Of a DNA stretch of 64,000 nt, positions 54,126 to 63,135 are shown in pieces; positions within the stretch are counted from its first letter, which is position 1, and every line of letters starts with the position of its first letter. The position numbers and the translations under genes were made by a program. Where the stretch lies: the NCBI GenBank assembly GCA_035560005.1, contig DATMAN010000031.1, positions 70,060 through 134,059 of the forward strand, read 5' to 3'. The notes beneath the pieces were generated by a model. The model saw only the letters and a program-made list of their open reading frames with translations, was not told the origin of the DNA and did no database searches. Origin of the DNA: Burkholderiales bacterium (GTDB taxonomy: Bacteria > Pseudomonadota > Gammaproteobacteria > Burkholderiales > Eutrophovitaceae).

Positions 54126-56411
54126 CTAGAACAGCGTGCGCTGCTGCGCGTTGGCATCCACCGTGCAGAGCGCCGTCATGTTCACCAGCCGGCGCACCGT
54201 CGCGGTCGGCGTGAGGATGTGCACCGGCGCCCGCGCGCCCAGCAGGATCGGCCCGACCGTCACCCCTTCGCTGCCCAGCATCTTGAGCAGGTTGAACGCG
54301 ATGTTGGCCGCGTCCAGGTTGGGCATGATCAGCAAATTGGCCTCGCCCCTGAGCTTGGAGTCTGGGTTGACGTGGTGGCGGATCGCCTCGGAGAGCGCGG
54401 CGTCGCCGTGCATCTCGCCGTCGATCTCCAGCTCGGGCGCCTGTGCTTCGATCAGCTCGAGCGCCTTGCTCATCTTCACCGCCGCGGGCACGTCGTCGGT
54501 GCCGAAGTTCGAGTGCGACAGCAGCGCGACCTTGGGCACGATGCCGAAGCGGCGCACTTCCTCGGCCGCCATCAACGTGATCTCGGCGATCTGGGCGGGG
54601 CTGGGATCCTCGTTCACGTAGGTGTCGCTGATGAACAGCGTGCGCCGCGGCAGCATCAGCACGTTCATCGCCGCGAACACGGTCGCACCGGGCTTGAGCC
54701 CGATGACGTTGTTGACGTGGCGCAGATGATCCTTGTGGCGCCCGAAGGTGCCGCACAGCAGCGCGTCGGCGTCGCCGCGCCGCAGCAGCATCGCGCCGAT
54801 CAGCGTGGTGGACTGGCGGATGTGGACCTTCGCGTCGTCTGGAGACACGCCTTTCCTGCGCATGATCTTGTAGTACTCGGTCCAGACTTCCTTGTAGCGC
54901 GGATCGCTCTCCGGATTGACGATCTCGAAATCCTGGCCCGGGCGCAGCCGCAGCCCGAAGCGCTTGAGCCGCATGTCGATCACTTCCGGGCGTCCGATCA
55001 GGATCGGCCGGGCCAGCTTCTCGTCCACCACGACCTGAACGGCTCGCAGCACGCGCTCGTCTTCGCCCTCGGCGTAGATCACGCGCCGCGGCGCTTTCTT
55101 CGCGGCCGAAAAGACCGGTTTCATCACGAAGCCGGAGTGGTAGACGAAGTTGGTGAGCTGATCGCGGTAGGCCTCGAGATCCGTGATCGGCCGCGTGGCC
55201 ACACCGCTTTCCATGGCGGCTTTGGCAACCGCCGGCGCGATGCGCACGATCAGCCTCGGGTCGAACGGCTTGGGGATGATGTACTCGGGGCCGAACGACA
55301 GCTCCTGCCCTTCGTAGGCCATGGCCACCACGTCGGATTGCTCCGCCTGGGCCAGCTCGGCGATGGCGTGCACACAGGCGAGCTTCATCTCCTCGGTGAT
55401 CTTGGTCGCCCCCACGTCGAGCGCGCCGCGGAAGATGAACGGGAAACACAGCACGTTGTTGACCTGGTTCGGATAATCGGAGCGGCCGGTGGCGATGATC
55501 GCGTCCGGGCGCACGGCCTTCACTTCTTCGGGCAGGATCTCGGGCGTGGGATTCGCCAGCGCCAGCACCAGCGGTTTCGGCGCCATGGTCTTGACCCACG
55601 CCTGTTTCAGGGCGCCGGGGCCCGACAAGCCCAGAAAGATGTCCGCCCCCGGCATCGCGTCGGCCAGCGTGCGCGCCTCGGTCTTGCGCGCATAGCGCGC
55701 CTTGTTGGGCTCCATGCTCTTCTCGCGGCCTTCGTAGATCACGCCCTTGGTGTCGCAGACGATGACGTTCTCGCGCTTCAAGCCCAGCCGCACCAGCAGA
55801 TCGAGACAGGCGATGGCCGAGGCCCCGGCGCCGGAGCAGACCAGTTTCACCTGTTCGATCGGCTTGCCCACCACCTTCAGGCCGTTGATCACCGCCGCAC
55901 CCACGATGATCGCCGTGCCGTGCTGGTCGTCGTGGAACACCGGAATCTTCATGCGCTCGCGCAGCTTGGCCTCCACGTAGAAGCATTCCGGCGCCTTGAT
56001 GTCCTCCAGATTGATCCCGCCCAGCGTCGGCTCGAGCGCCGCGATGATGTCCACCAGCTTGTCGGGATCGGTTTCGGCCAGTTCGATGTCGAAGACATCG
56101 ATGCCCGCGAACTTCTTGAACAGGCAGCCCTTGCCTTCCATGACCGGCTTGCCGGCGAGCGGTCCGATGTTTCCCAGGCCGAGCACGGCGGTGCCGTTGG
56201 TCACCACGCCGACGAGATTGCCGCGTGCGGTCAGCCTGGCCGCGCGCGTGGGGTCGGCCTGGATCGCCTTGCAGGCGTAGGCCACCCCCGGCGAATAGGC
56301 GAGCGCAAGGTCGCGCTGGTTGGTCAGCCCTTTGGTGGGGACGACGGAGATTTTTCCGGGAGTTGGCTGCTCGTGATATTCGATCGCGGCAGTCTCGAGA
56401 TCGTTGGCCAT
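54126..56411 (-). CDS. maeB: NADP-dependent malic enzyme (malic enzyme + phosphotransacetylase-like domain)
   Basis: [28 protein letters not shown].. plus a C-terminal PTA-like half. 761 aa. Confidence 0.95.
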   Translation of the reverse strand: MANDLETAAIEYHEQPTPGKISVVPTKGLTNQRDLALAYSPGVAYACKAIQADPTRAARLTARGNLVGVVTNGTAVLGLGNIGPLAGKPVMEGKGCLFKKFAGIDVFDIELAETDPDKLVDIIAALEPTLGGINLEDIKAPECFYVEAKLRERMKIPVFHDDQHGTAIIVGAAVINGLKVVGKPIEQVKLVCSGAGASAIACLDLLVRLGLKRENVIVCDTKGVIYEGREKSMEPNKARYARKTEARTLADAMPGADIFLGLSGPGALKQAWVKTMAPKPLVLALANPTPEILPEEVKAVRPDAIIATGRSDYPNQVNNVLCFPFIFRGALDVGATKITEEMKLACVHAIAELAQAEQSDVVAMAYEGQELSFGPEYIIPKPFDPRLIVRIAPAVAKAAMESGVATRPITDLEAYRDQLTNFVYHSGFVMKPVFSAAKKAPRRVIYAEGEDERVLRAVQVVVDEKLARPILIGRPEVIDMRLKRFGLRLRPGQDFEIVNPESDPRYKEVWTEYYKIMRRKGVSPDDAKVHIRQSTTLIGAMLLRRGDADALLCGTFGRHKDHLRHVNNVIGLKPGATVFAAMNVLMLPRRTLFISDTYVNEDPSPAQIAEITLMAAEEVRRFGIVPKVALLSHSNFGTDDVPAAVKMSKALELIEAQAPELEIDGEMHGDAALSEAIRHHVNPDSKLRGEANLLIMPNLDAANIAFNLLKMLGSEGVTVGPILLGARAPVHILTPTATVRRLVNMTALCTVDANAQQRTLF

Positions 56412-56687
56412 GTTGCGGTTCCTTGACTGGACATGTTGTGTGACGAGTGGAGCGCGCGTGGGCGACTGGCGCAGCGCACGCGTTGGTCGTGTTGTGTCTC
56501 CGGATGATACCTCCGGCGGCGCCGAACGCTACGATGCGGTGCGCAATTTCGCGATGCGCAATTCACGCGGGCTCCTGCCTCGGCCGCCCGCGCAGTCTTG
56601 TCGGACGACGAGATTCGCGCAGTGCAGGGCGCGGCGTCGCTGGCGAGATGGCGCGGGCCGCCTATACTTGAAACGAGAGGTGCCTGC

Positions 56688-59591
56688 ATGGGCGATCCCG
56701 GACGAGAGAGTTCGGAAGCCCTGATTGCCGAAATCGGGACGCGGCTGTTGCGCCGCGCGGCCGGGGCGAGGCCATCGATCTTCGATGCGCGCGGTTTGCG
56801 CGGAAAGCTGCTGGCCGGCGCGCTGGCGGAGGAGCGGCTGCGCGCGGCGCTGTTTCTGTTCGTCGACGTGCTTCCGCAACTGGACAGCGCCGCGGAGGTG
56901 GCGGAACACTTCCGCGCCTATCTGTCCGGGTTCCGCCTCGGCGGCACGTGGGGCAGGCTGCTGCGCCTGGGCGCGAGCCCGCTGTTCGCGCCCGCCGTGC
57001 GCGCTTCGGTACGGCGGCTGGCGCGCAATTTTCTCGTCGAGGAAACGCCGGAGGCGATCCGGCGCGTGTGTGCGAAGCTCGCGCGGCTGCCCGCGACGGC
57101 CAGCTTCGACGCCGTGGGCGAGGCAGTGCTGACCGAGGCCGAAGCCGACGAGTACCTTGCGCGCAACCTCTTCCTGCTGGACTGCCTGGCGCGCAATCGC
57201 GTCGCCGCGCCCAACCTGTCCATCAAGCTCTCGGCACTGACCCCGCGCTTCGATCCGCTCGACGCCTCAGGCTCGCGCGAGCGCGTGATGAGCCGGCTGC
57301 GGCATCTGATGCCGCGTGTGCAGGCACTCGGCGCCACGCTCACGCTCGACATGGAGCACAACGACTTGCGGCCCCTGGTGCACGACGTCTTCGCGGCGCT
57401 GCTCGAGACCTACCCGGGACCCAACTGGATCCCCGGCATCGCGGTCCAGGCCTACCTGTGCGGCGCGCACGAAGAGGCGCAGCGCGTCATCGATCTCGCG
57501 CGCTCGCATGGGCGCCGCATCTGCGTGCGGCTGGTCAAAGGTGCCTACTGGGACACCGAGGTGGCGTTGGCCGTGCAGCGCGACTGGCCGATTCCGGTGC
57601 TGCTCGACAAGGCGGCGACCGACGCTCAATACGAAGCGCTCAGCGAGCGCCTGCTCGATGCCGGCGACGCGGTCTATCCGGCGTTCGCCACCCACAACGT
57701 GCGCAGCATCGCCCACGCCGTCGTCCACGCCTACACCCGCGAGCGTCCGCAGTCGAGCTGGGAAGTGCAGATGCTGTTCGGCATGGCCGAGCCCCTGGCG
57801 CAAGCCGTGGCCGCTCAGGGGATTGCGCTGCGCATCTATGTTCCGACCGGCGATCTGATCGGCGGCATCGCGTACCTGATCCGACGGCTGGCGGAGAACA
57901 CCGCCAACACCTCGGTGCTGCGGCAGACCTGGCTCGAGCCCGCCCGGCCCGAGCTGCTCCTTGCCGCCCCTGCCGGCAGAGCCGATCGCGCACCTGCACC
58001 CGTACCGACGAACGGCCGGACAAGCAACACGCCGCTGCTCGACTTCAGCCAGCCTTCGGTGCGCGCGGCATTCGAGCGGGCGTTGAAGGAGGTGCGCGCC
58101 CAGTTCGGTGCGACCTGCCGGCTTGCGGCAGGTTCGAGCCTGTTTGCGGACCTGCCCGTGCGCCCCAGCGTCAACCCGGCGGATCCGGATGAAGTGCTGG
58201 GGCTGGTCGAACAGGCCGGCCAGCCTCAGGCCGCCGAGGCCGTCAGGATCGCCGTGCGCGCTTTTCCGGCGTGGCGCAGCGTGCCTGCGGCGCAGCGGGC
58301 GGCTTTGTGCCGGCGTGCGGCCGAACTGGTGCGGGGCAGGCGTCTGGCGCTCGCGGCCTGGGAGGTGTACGAGGCGGGCAAGAACTGGCGTGAAGCCGAC
58401 GCCGACGTGGCCGAGGCGGCGGACTTCCTCGACTACTACGCGGCACAGATGGAGTCGCTCGGAGCGTGGCGCGCCACGCGCTGCTACCCGGGCGAGCGCA
58501 ACGAGTTCGGCTATGAGCCGCGCGGCGTGGCCGCAGTCATCGCGCCCTGGAATTTCCCGCTGGCGATACTGACCGGCATGACCGCCGCGGCTCTGGTGAC
58601 CGGAAACACCGTGATCGCCAAGCCGGCAGGGCCCACGCCGATCATCGCGCACCGGCTCCTCGAGATTCTGTACGAGGCCGGCTTTCCCGAGGAGGTGGTC
58701 CAGTTGCTGCCGGGTCCGGGCGCGCAGGTGGGTGACTTCCTGGTCGGGCATCCGGAGGTGGCGACCGTCGCGTTCACCGGATCGCGCGAGATCGGTTTCC
58801 GGATCCTGCGGCGCGCAGGCGAAGTGCCTGCCGGACAGGTGATGGTCAAGCGTGTGGTGTGCGAAATGGGCGGCAAGAACGCGATCCTGATCGACCGCGA
58901 CGCCGACCTCGATCAGGCCGTGAGCGAGACGCTCGTCTGCGCGTTCGGCTATCAGGGCCAGAAGTGCTCGGCAGCCTCGCGCGTCATCGTGCTCGATGGT
59001 GTCTATGAACGCTTTCTGGCGCGGCTGACCGAGGCGCTGGATGCCCACAGCTACGGCCCACCCGAATCTCCGCGGCATCTCTTCGGTCCGGTGATCAGCG
59101 CCGAGGCCAAGGCACGCATCGAGCGCTGGATCGCCGTGGGGGAGGGTGAAGCGAAGCTCGTCTATCGGGGAAAGGTGCCGTCGCAGGGTTACTATGTCGC
59201 GCCGGCCGTTTTCAGCGATGTGCCGCCAGATGCGCGCATCGCCACCGAAGAGATCTTCGGTCCGGTCGTGTGCCTGATGCGCGCAGGCAGTTTCGATCAG
59301 GCGCTCGCCCTGGCGATGCACAGCGACTATGCGCTGACCGGCGGCGTGTTTACCCGCCTCCCGGCCCACGCGCAACTCGCGCGAGAGCGCTTCCTGGTCG
59401 GAAATCTGTACATCAATCGCCGGATCACCGGCGCGCGCGTCGGGGTGCAGCCGTTCGGTGGAATCCGGCATTCCGGCACCGGCGTCCAGGCCGGCGGTCC
59501 GGACTACATCAAGCAGTTCATGTGGTCGCGCGTCGTTTCTGAAAACACGCTACGTCATGGATTTGTGCCGTTCGAGGATTCGCAGTCGTAG
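56688..59591 (+). CDS. putA: Bifunctional proline dehydrogenase / L-glutamate-gamma-semialdehyde (P5C) dehydrogenase PutA, without DNA-binding domain
   Basis: PRODH barrel (VRLVKGAYWD). ALDH half (..FTGS..EMGGKN..GQKCSA..). A TTG at 56598 is an alternative start. Confidence 0.9.
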   Translation: MGDPGRESSEALIAEIGTRLLRRAAGARPSIFDARGLRGKLLAGALAEERLRAALFLFVDVLPQLDSAAEVAEHFRAYLSGFRLGGTWGRLLRLGASPLFAPAVRASVRRLARNFLVEETPEAIRRVCAKLARLPATASFDAVGEAVLTEAEADEYLARNLFLLDCLARNRVAAPNLSIKLSALTPRFDPLDASGSRERVMSRLRHLMPRVQALGATLTLDMEHNDLRPLVHDVFAALLETYPGPNWIPGIAVQAYLCGAHEEAQRVIDLARSHGRRICVRLVKGAYWDTEVALAVQRDWPIPVLLDKAATDAQYEALSERLLDAGDAVYPAFATHNVRSIAHAVVHAYTRERPQSSWEVQMLFGMAEPLAQAVAAQGIALRIYVPTGDLIGGIAYLIRRLAENTANTSVLRQTWLEPARPELLLAAPAGRADRAPAPVPTNGRTSNTPLLDFSQPSVRAAFERALKEVRAQFGATCRLAAGSSLFADLPVRPSVNPADPDEVLGLVEQAGQPQAAEAVRIAVRAFPAWRSVPAAQRAALCRRAAELVRGRRLALAAWEVYEAGKNWREADADVAEAADFLDYYAAQMESLGAWRATRCYPGERNEFGYEPRGVAAVIAPWNFPLAILTGMTAAALVTGNTVIAKPAGPTPIIAHRLLEILYEAGFPEEVVQLLPGPGAQVGDFLVGHPEVATVAFTGSREIGFRILRRAGEVPAGQVMVKRVVCEMGGKNAILIDRDADLDQAVSETLVCAFGYQGQKCSAASRVIVLDGVYERFLARLTEALDAHSYGPPESPRHLFGPVISAEAKARIERWIAVGEGEAKLVYRGKVPSQGYYVAPAVFSDVPPDARIATEEIFGPVVCLMRAGSFDQALALAMHSDYALTGGVFTRLPAHAQLARERFLVGNLYINRRITGARVGVQPFGGIRHSGTGVQAGGPDYIKQFMWSRVVSENTLRHGFVPFEDSQS

Positions 59592-59687
59592 CTTGTTTGG
59601 GCGCAGACTCACCTTGCACGCAGTGCAAGGTTATGTCGCAGCCAAAACACGCTACGCCATGGATTTGTGCCGTTCGAGGATTCGCAG
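59542..59687 (+). repeat. 44-bp direct repeat (43/44 identical), copies at 59542-59585 and 59644-59687. It duplicates the last 16 codons of putA; the offset is 102 bp, so the copies are in frame.
   Basis: aaaacacgctacg[t/c]catggatttgtgccgttcgaggattcgcag. Each copy is followed by a hairpin (59611-59631 and 59702-59732). Confidence 0.85.
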
Positions 59688-59825
59688 CCTGCTCGGGTGC
59701 AGGCTTGCGATAGCGGAAGTCAGGCGCAAGCCGGACCGGTTGCGCCGTACAGGCGTACCATGGGGGTGGACGCGGCCGGTTTTCGCGCCCCGCGTAGACG
59801 GCGCACTGGCGCCAAGGAGGAGCAG

Positions 59826-60296
59826 ATGAGCATTCCCGAGAAACTCAGAAACTACATGACCGAGCACCGGGCGACGTGGGACGTATGCGAACATGCGCGC
59901 ACGGCCAGCAGCACGCAGACCTTGCGCGTCACGCACATTCCCGCCGAGCGTCTGGCCAAGTCGGTGGTGCTGGAGGACGACGACGGCTACTTGATGATCG
60001 TCCTCCCGGCGAGCGGGCGCGTGGATCTGGCAGCCGTGAACCGGATGCTGAACCGCAACCTGCGCCTGGCCAGCGAACCGGACGTCGTGCGCCTGTTCGA
60101 CGACTGCGATCCGGGCGCGATACCGGCGATCGGACCGGCCTACGGCGTGCGGACGATGGTGGACGAAAGCCTGCTCATGCAGCCGGAGATCTACTTCGAG
60201 GCGGGCGACCACACCGAGCTCATTCACATGAGCTGCGAGAAGTTCATGGAGCTGATGGCCGGCGTACCCCGCGGGAAGTTCATGGTCAGGCACTGA
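59826..60296 (+). CDS. YbaK/EbsC (aminoacyl-tRNA trans-editing domain) family protein
   Basis: AAGGAGGAG RBS. ..LAKSVVLEDDDGYLMIVLPASGRVDLAAVNRML..GAIPAIGPAYGV..IYFEAGDH. Confidence 0.75.
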   Translation: MSIPEKLRNYMTEHRATWDVCEHARTASSTQTLRVTHIPAERLAKSVVLEDDDGYLMIVLPASGRVDLAAVNRMLNRNLRLASEPDVVRLFDDCDPGAIPAIGPAYGVRTMVDESLLMQPEIYFEAGDHTELIHMSCEKFMELMAGVPRGKFMVRH

Positions 60297-60383
60297 CCCC
60301 CGCCCGACTCGCCTCCCTCACCCCAGCCGAGCGAGCGGGCAGAATAATCCGCCTCGATTCTGGTAAGGCGGGACGGCGAGCGC

Positions 60384-61463
60384 ATGCGGGTGGCAACGGT
60401 CGGCGCGGGAATCAACGGCATCATGTGCGCGTGGGCGCTGGCCGAAGCCGGCCATGCCGTGACGCTGTTCGAGCGCGGCGAGCCGATGGGGGAAACGAGC
60501 AGCCGCTCGAGCAAGCTGCTGCACGGCGGGCTGCGTTATCTGGAGCACGGCCAGCTCGCGCTGGTGCGGGAAGGCTTGCGCGAACGCGCCTGGTGGCTGA
60601 GATCCGCGCCGCAGCTCACGCGTGTCCTCGAAATCATCGTTCCGGTCTTCCGCAACTCTGCTCGCAGCCGTCCGGCGCTCAAGCTCGGTTTGCTGATCTA
60701 CGATCTGTTCGCGGGCCGCGACCGGCTGGGCTGGCATCGGTGGTTGAACGTCGCAGCGCTTGGCGCTCGCGCACCGGAACTGCGGCGCGAGGGACTGATC
60801 GGAGGCTACCGCTATTTCGACGGGCAGATGGACGACCGCGCGCTCGGCCTGTGGGCCCTGCACGAAGCGCAGGCACGCGGGGTTGAGCTGCGCGAACGCA
60901 CAGCGGTCGCGCGCGTGGACACCGAAGGCGGTGTGTTCGTCGCCGGGCGCCGGGAGCGGTTCGATTTCGTCGTCAATGCCGCCGGCCCGTGGGCGGGCAA
61001 GCTGCTGGCGGCGAGCGCGATTGCATCGCGCCACACGTTGGATCTGGTGCGCGGCAGCCATCTGATCGTCGGGCGCGAGGTCGGGCAGGGGTATCTGTTG
61101 CAGTCCCCCGACGACGGGCGCGTGTGCTTCGTGCTTCCGTACCAAGGCCGCACCCTGATCGGAACCACCGAAGTGCGGCAAAGCCTCGACGAGCCGATCA
61201 CCGTCAGCACGGCCGAACGCGACTACCTGCTGCGAGTGTTCAACGCCTACCTGCGGCCGGCGCTGCAGGCCGCGGATGTCGTGGAGGCATTCGCCGGGGT
61301 GCGCCCGCTGTTGGGGTCGCGAGGTCAACCGCCTTCCGCAGTGAGCCGCGAGTACGCGCTGGAGCGCAGCGGCCGGTTGCTGACGGTCTTCGGCGGCAAG
61401 TGGACCACGGCCCGGGCGCTCGGGCGCAAGGTCGCGCGGACCGTCGGCCAGGCGGCCGCATGA
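60384..61463 (+). CDS. FAD-dependent oxidoreductase (short GlpD/DAO-like)
   Basis: VATVGAGINGIMCAWALA..SSRSSKLLHGGLRYLE.. Confidence 0.85.
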   Translation: MRVATVGAGINGIMCAWALAEAGHAVTLFERGEPMGETSSRSSKLLHGGLRYLEHGQLALVREGLRERAWWLRSAPQLTRVLEIIVPVFRNSARSRPALKLGLLIYDLFAGRDRLGWHRWLNVAALGARAPELRREGLIGGYRYFDGQMDDRALGLWALHEAQARGVELRERTAVARVDTEGGVFVAGRRERFDFVVNAAGPWAGKLLAASAIASRHTLDLVRGSHLIVGREVGQGYLLQSPDDGRVCFVLPYQGRTLIGTTEVRQSLDEPITVSTAERDYLLRVFNAYLRPALQAADVVEAFAGVRPLLGSRGQPPSAVSREYALERSGRLLTVFGGKWTTARALGRKVARTVGQAAA

Positions 61464-61562
61464 GGGTCGCGCAGCAGCCGGGTCAACGCCAGGCGGGATC
61501 ACGCCGTTACAGCCTCACCGGCGCACACGCCGGCCCTTCACTTTCTTACGGAGCTCAGACTC

Positions 61563-62078
61563 ATGAAAACTCTGACGACCACGCTCGCGCTTCTCACCGG
61601 CGTGTTGCTGTCCACTGCCGCAGCGGCCGAAGAGCGGGAGCACGGCGCATGCCGCGCGGACGTGCAGAAATTCTGCAAGGACATCCGGCCGGGCCGTGGC
61701 GCGATCGCGCGCTGCCTCTCACGGCACGAAAGCGAATTGTCGCCGGCCTGCCGGGACCGGATGGCCGAGCGCAGGCAACGCGCGGAGGAGTTCGCCGAGG
61801 CTTGCAAGGCCGATGCGCAAACGCACTGCCAGCAGGTGCAGCCGGGCGATGGCCGGGTGCTGCGCTGCCTTGCGGCCAACAAGGAGCGGCTATCTCCCGG
61901 CTGTCGCGAGAAGGTCGCGCAAGCCGAAAGCCGCCATCCGTGCATGGCCGATATCGCGCGCCTGTGCAAGGACGTGCAGCCAGGAGGTGGGCGGGTGAAT
62001 CAATGCCTGAAGGAACATCAAAGCGAGCTGGCCCCGGCCTGCAAGGCCGCGCTAGCCAAGGCGCACAAGGGAGAGTAA
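61563..62078 (+). CDS. Secreted cysteine-rich repeat protein (three repeats, 12 Cys)
   Basis: Signal peptide, then three copies of C-x6/7-C-x4-PG-x-G-x4-CL-x7-L(S/A)-x2-C. Confidence 0.8.
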   Translation: MKTLTTTLALLTGVLLSTAAAAEEREHGACRADVQKFCKDIRPGRGAIARCLSRHESELSPACRDRMAERRQRAEEFAEACKADAQTHCQQVQPGDGRVLRCLAANKERLSPGCREKVAQAESRHPCMADIARLCKDVQPGGGRVNQCLKEHQSELAPACKAALAKAHKGE

Positions 62079-62123
62079 TGGCCCTGCGCTGCACCAAGGC
62101 GCGCCGCGCGCCCGCCCGCGCAC

Positions 62124-62483
62124 TCAGCGCCTGGCCTCGGCCCTGCGGCGCCGTTCGACAGCCGGCGGAGTATGGCGCTGGCGCCGGTCGGACAGCCCCG
62201 CGCGCCCGATCAGCTCACGCCAGAAGCGGTCGCTCTGATCCGATTTGAACTTGATGTACAGAGCGACCTCGTCGGGATAGGCGTCGGGCGCACCGAGCCG
62301 CTCCAGATGGCGGCTCGGTCCCTTGCCCGGCCGCGGCGACTCGTTGTCGGCTTCCCATGCGCGCATGATCGTATGCCAGAGGGATCGCTCGAAGGGATCG
62401 TCCTCGTCCTCGAAACCGTACTGCCACTTGAGGAACGAGATCTCCGCCGGGGTGAGGTCTTTGCTGATGAACTGGATGCTCAT
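62124..62483 (-). CDS. Hypothetical protein (119 aa)
   Basis: GAGGGA RBS. MSIQFISKDLTPAEISFLKWQYGFEDEDDPFERSLWHTIMRAWE.. Protein-like composition with an Arg-rich tail. Confidence 0.5.
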   Translation of the reverse strand: MSIQFISKDLTPAEISFLKWQYGFEDEDDPFERSLWHTIMRAWEADNESPRPGKGPSRHLERLGAPDAYPDEVALYIKFKSDQSDRFWRELIGRAGLSDRRQRHTPPAVERRRRAEARR

Positions 62484-62638
62484 GCTTCCCTCGCTGCAGA
62501 CCGGCCTATTGTGCCGGGGGAACTCATGAGGAATCAACACATTCCGCAAGCCATTTGCCGCGCTGCCGGCCCCGAGGCCGGCAGGCTCCCTCGGGAAGGG
62601 GGCGAATGCCGCCCTTTACTGGCCGTCCGGTCCGGCGT

Positions 62639-63058
62639 TCAGCCGTCCGAAGCGCGCAGCGTGAACACCCGCCGCAGCAGCCAGAACCATTGCAGGTGGC
62701 CGAGCAGAGCGGCGCCCGTCCAGGCGGCCAGCGGATGCGTGTACCACGGCCAGCGTTCCACGGTCACGCCCAGCGTCTGCGACAGCGACATGAGCGAAGG
62801 CAGCACCCAGATCCAGAATAATCCGGCCGGAAACGCGAGCACCGCCATGATGCCTTCGAGGATCTGCTGCTGCTCCGGGCGCCTCGCCTGGGACAGCGGG
62901 GTGCCGAGATCGATGGAGACGAACCACCACGCCAGAACGGCCAGGCACACTGCCCACCACGTCAGCCTGAGCCAGCGCCCGAGGCGCGGCGCGGGCGCGC
63001 CGGGGCGCGCGCGAGCGCGTGAAGAACGCGCAATCAAAACGTGCCTGCGCTTCGCCAT
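62639..63058 (-). CDS. Hypothetical small membrane protein
   Basis: GGAG RBS. Three hydrophobic W-rich segments (LRLTWWAVCLAVLAWWFV, IMAVLAFPAGLFWIWVL, LAAWTGAALLGHLQWFWLL). Confidence 0.45.
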   Translation of the reverse strand: MAKRRHVLIARSSRARARPGAPAPRLGRWLRLTWWAVCLAVLAWWFVSIDLGTPLSQARRPEQQQILEGIMAVLAFPAGLFWIWVLPSLMSLSQTLGVTVERWPWYTHPLAAWTGAALLGHLQWFWLLRRVFTLRASDG

Positions 63059-63135
63059 TCATCGATCTCCGGAACCGCGGCGCTGCCGCCGGGGCGCATA
63101 GCATAGACTAGGACGAACGCATCCCGGAGACACCG

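Noticed and set aside
54219-59471. 735-aa plus-strand ORF (54219-56426) and 734-aa minus-strand ORF (57267-59471)
   Set aside because: They are antisense to maeB and putA respectively and have a shadow-ORF composition.
59589-59826. Programmed stop-codon readthrough producing a PutA-YbaK fusion
   Set aside because: The in-frame relation is real, but 78 stop-free codons is plausible by chance at this G+C. The YbaK-like gene also has its own strong RBS (AAGGAGGAG). The idea is kept only as a note within the repeat finding.
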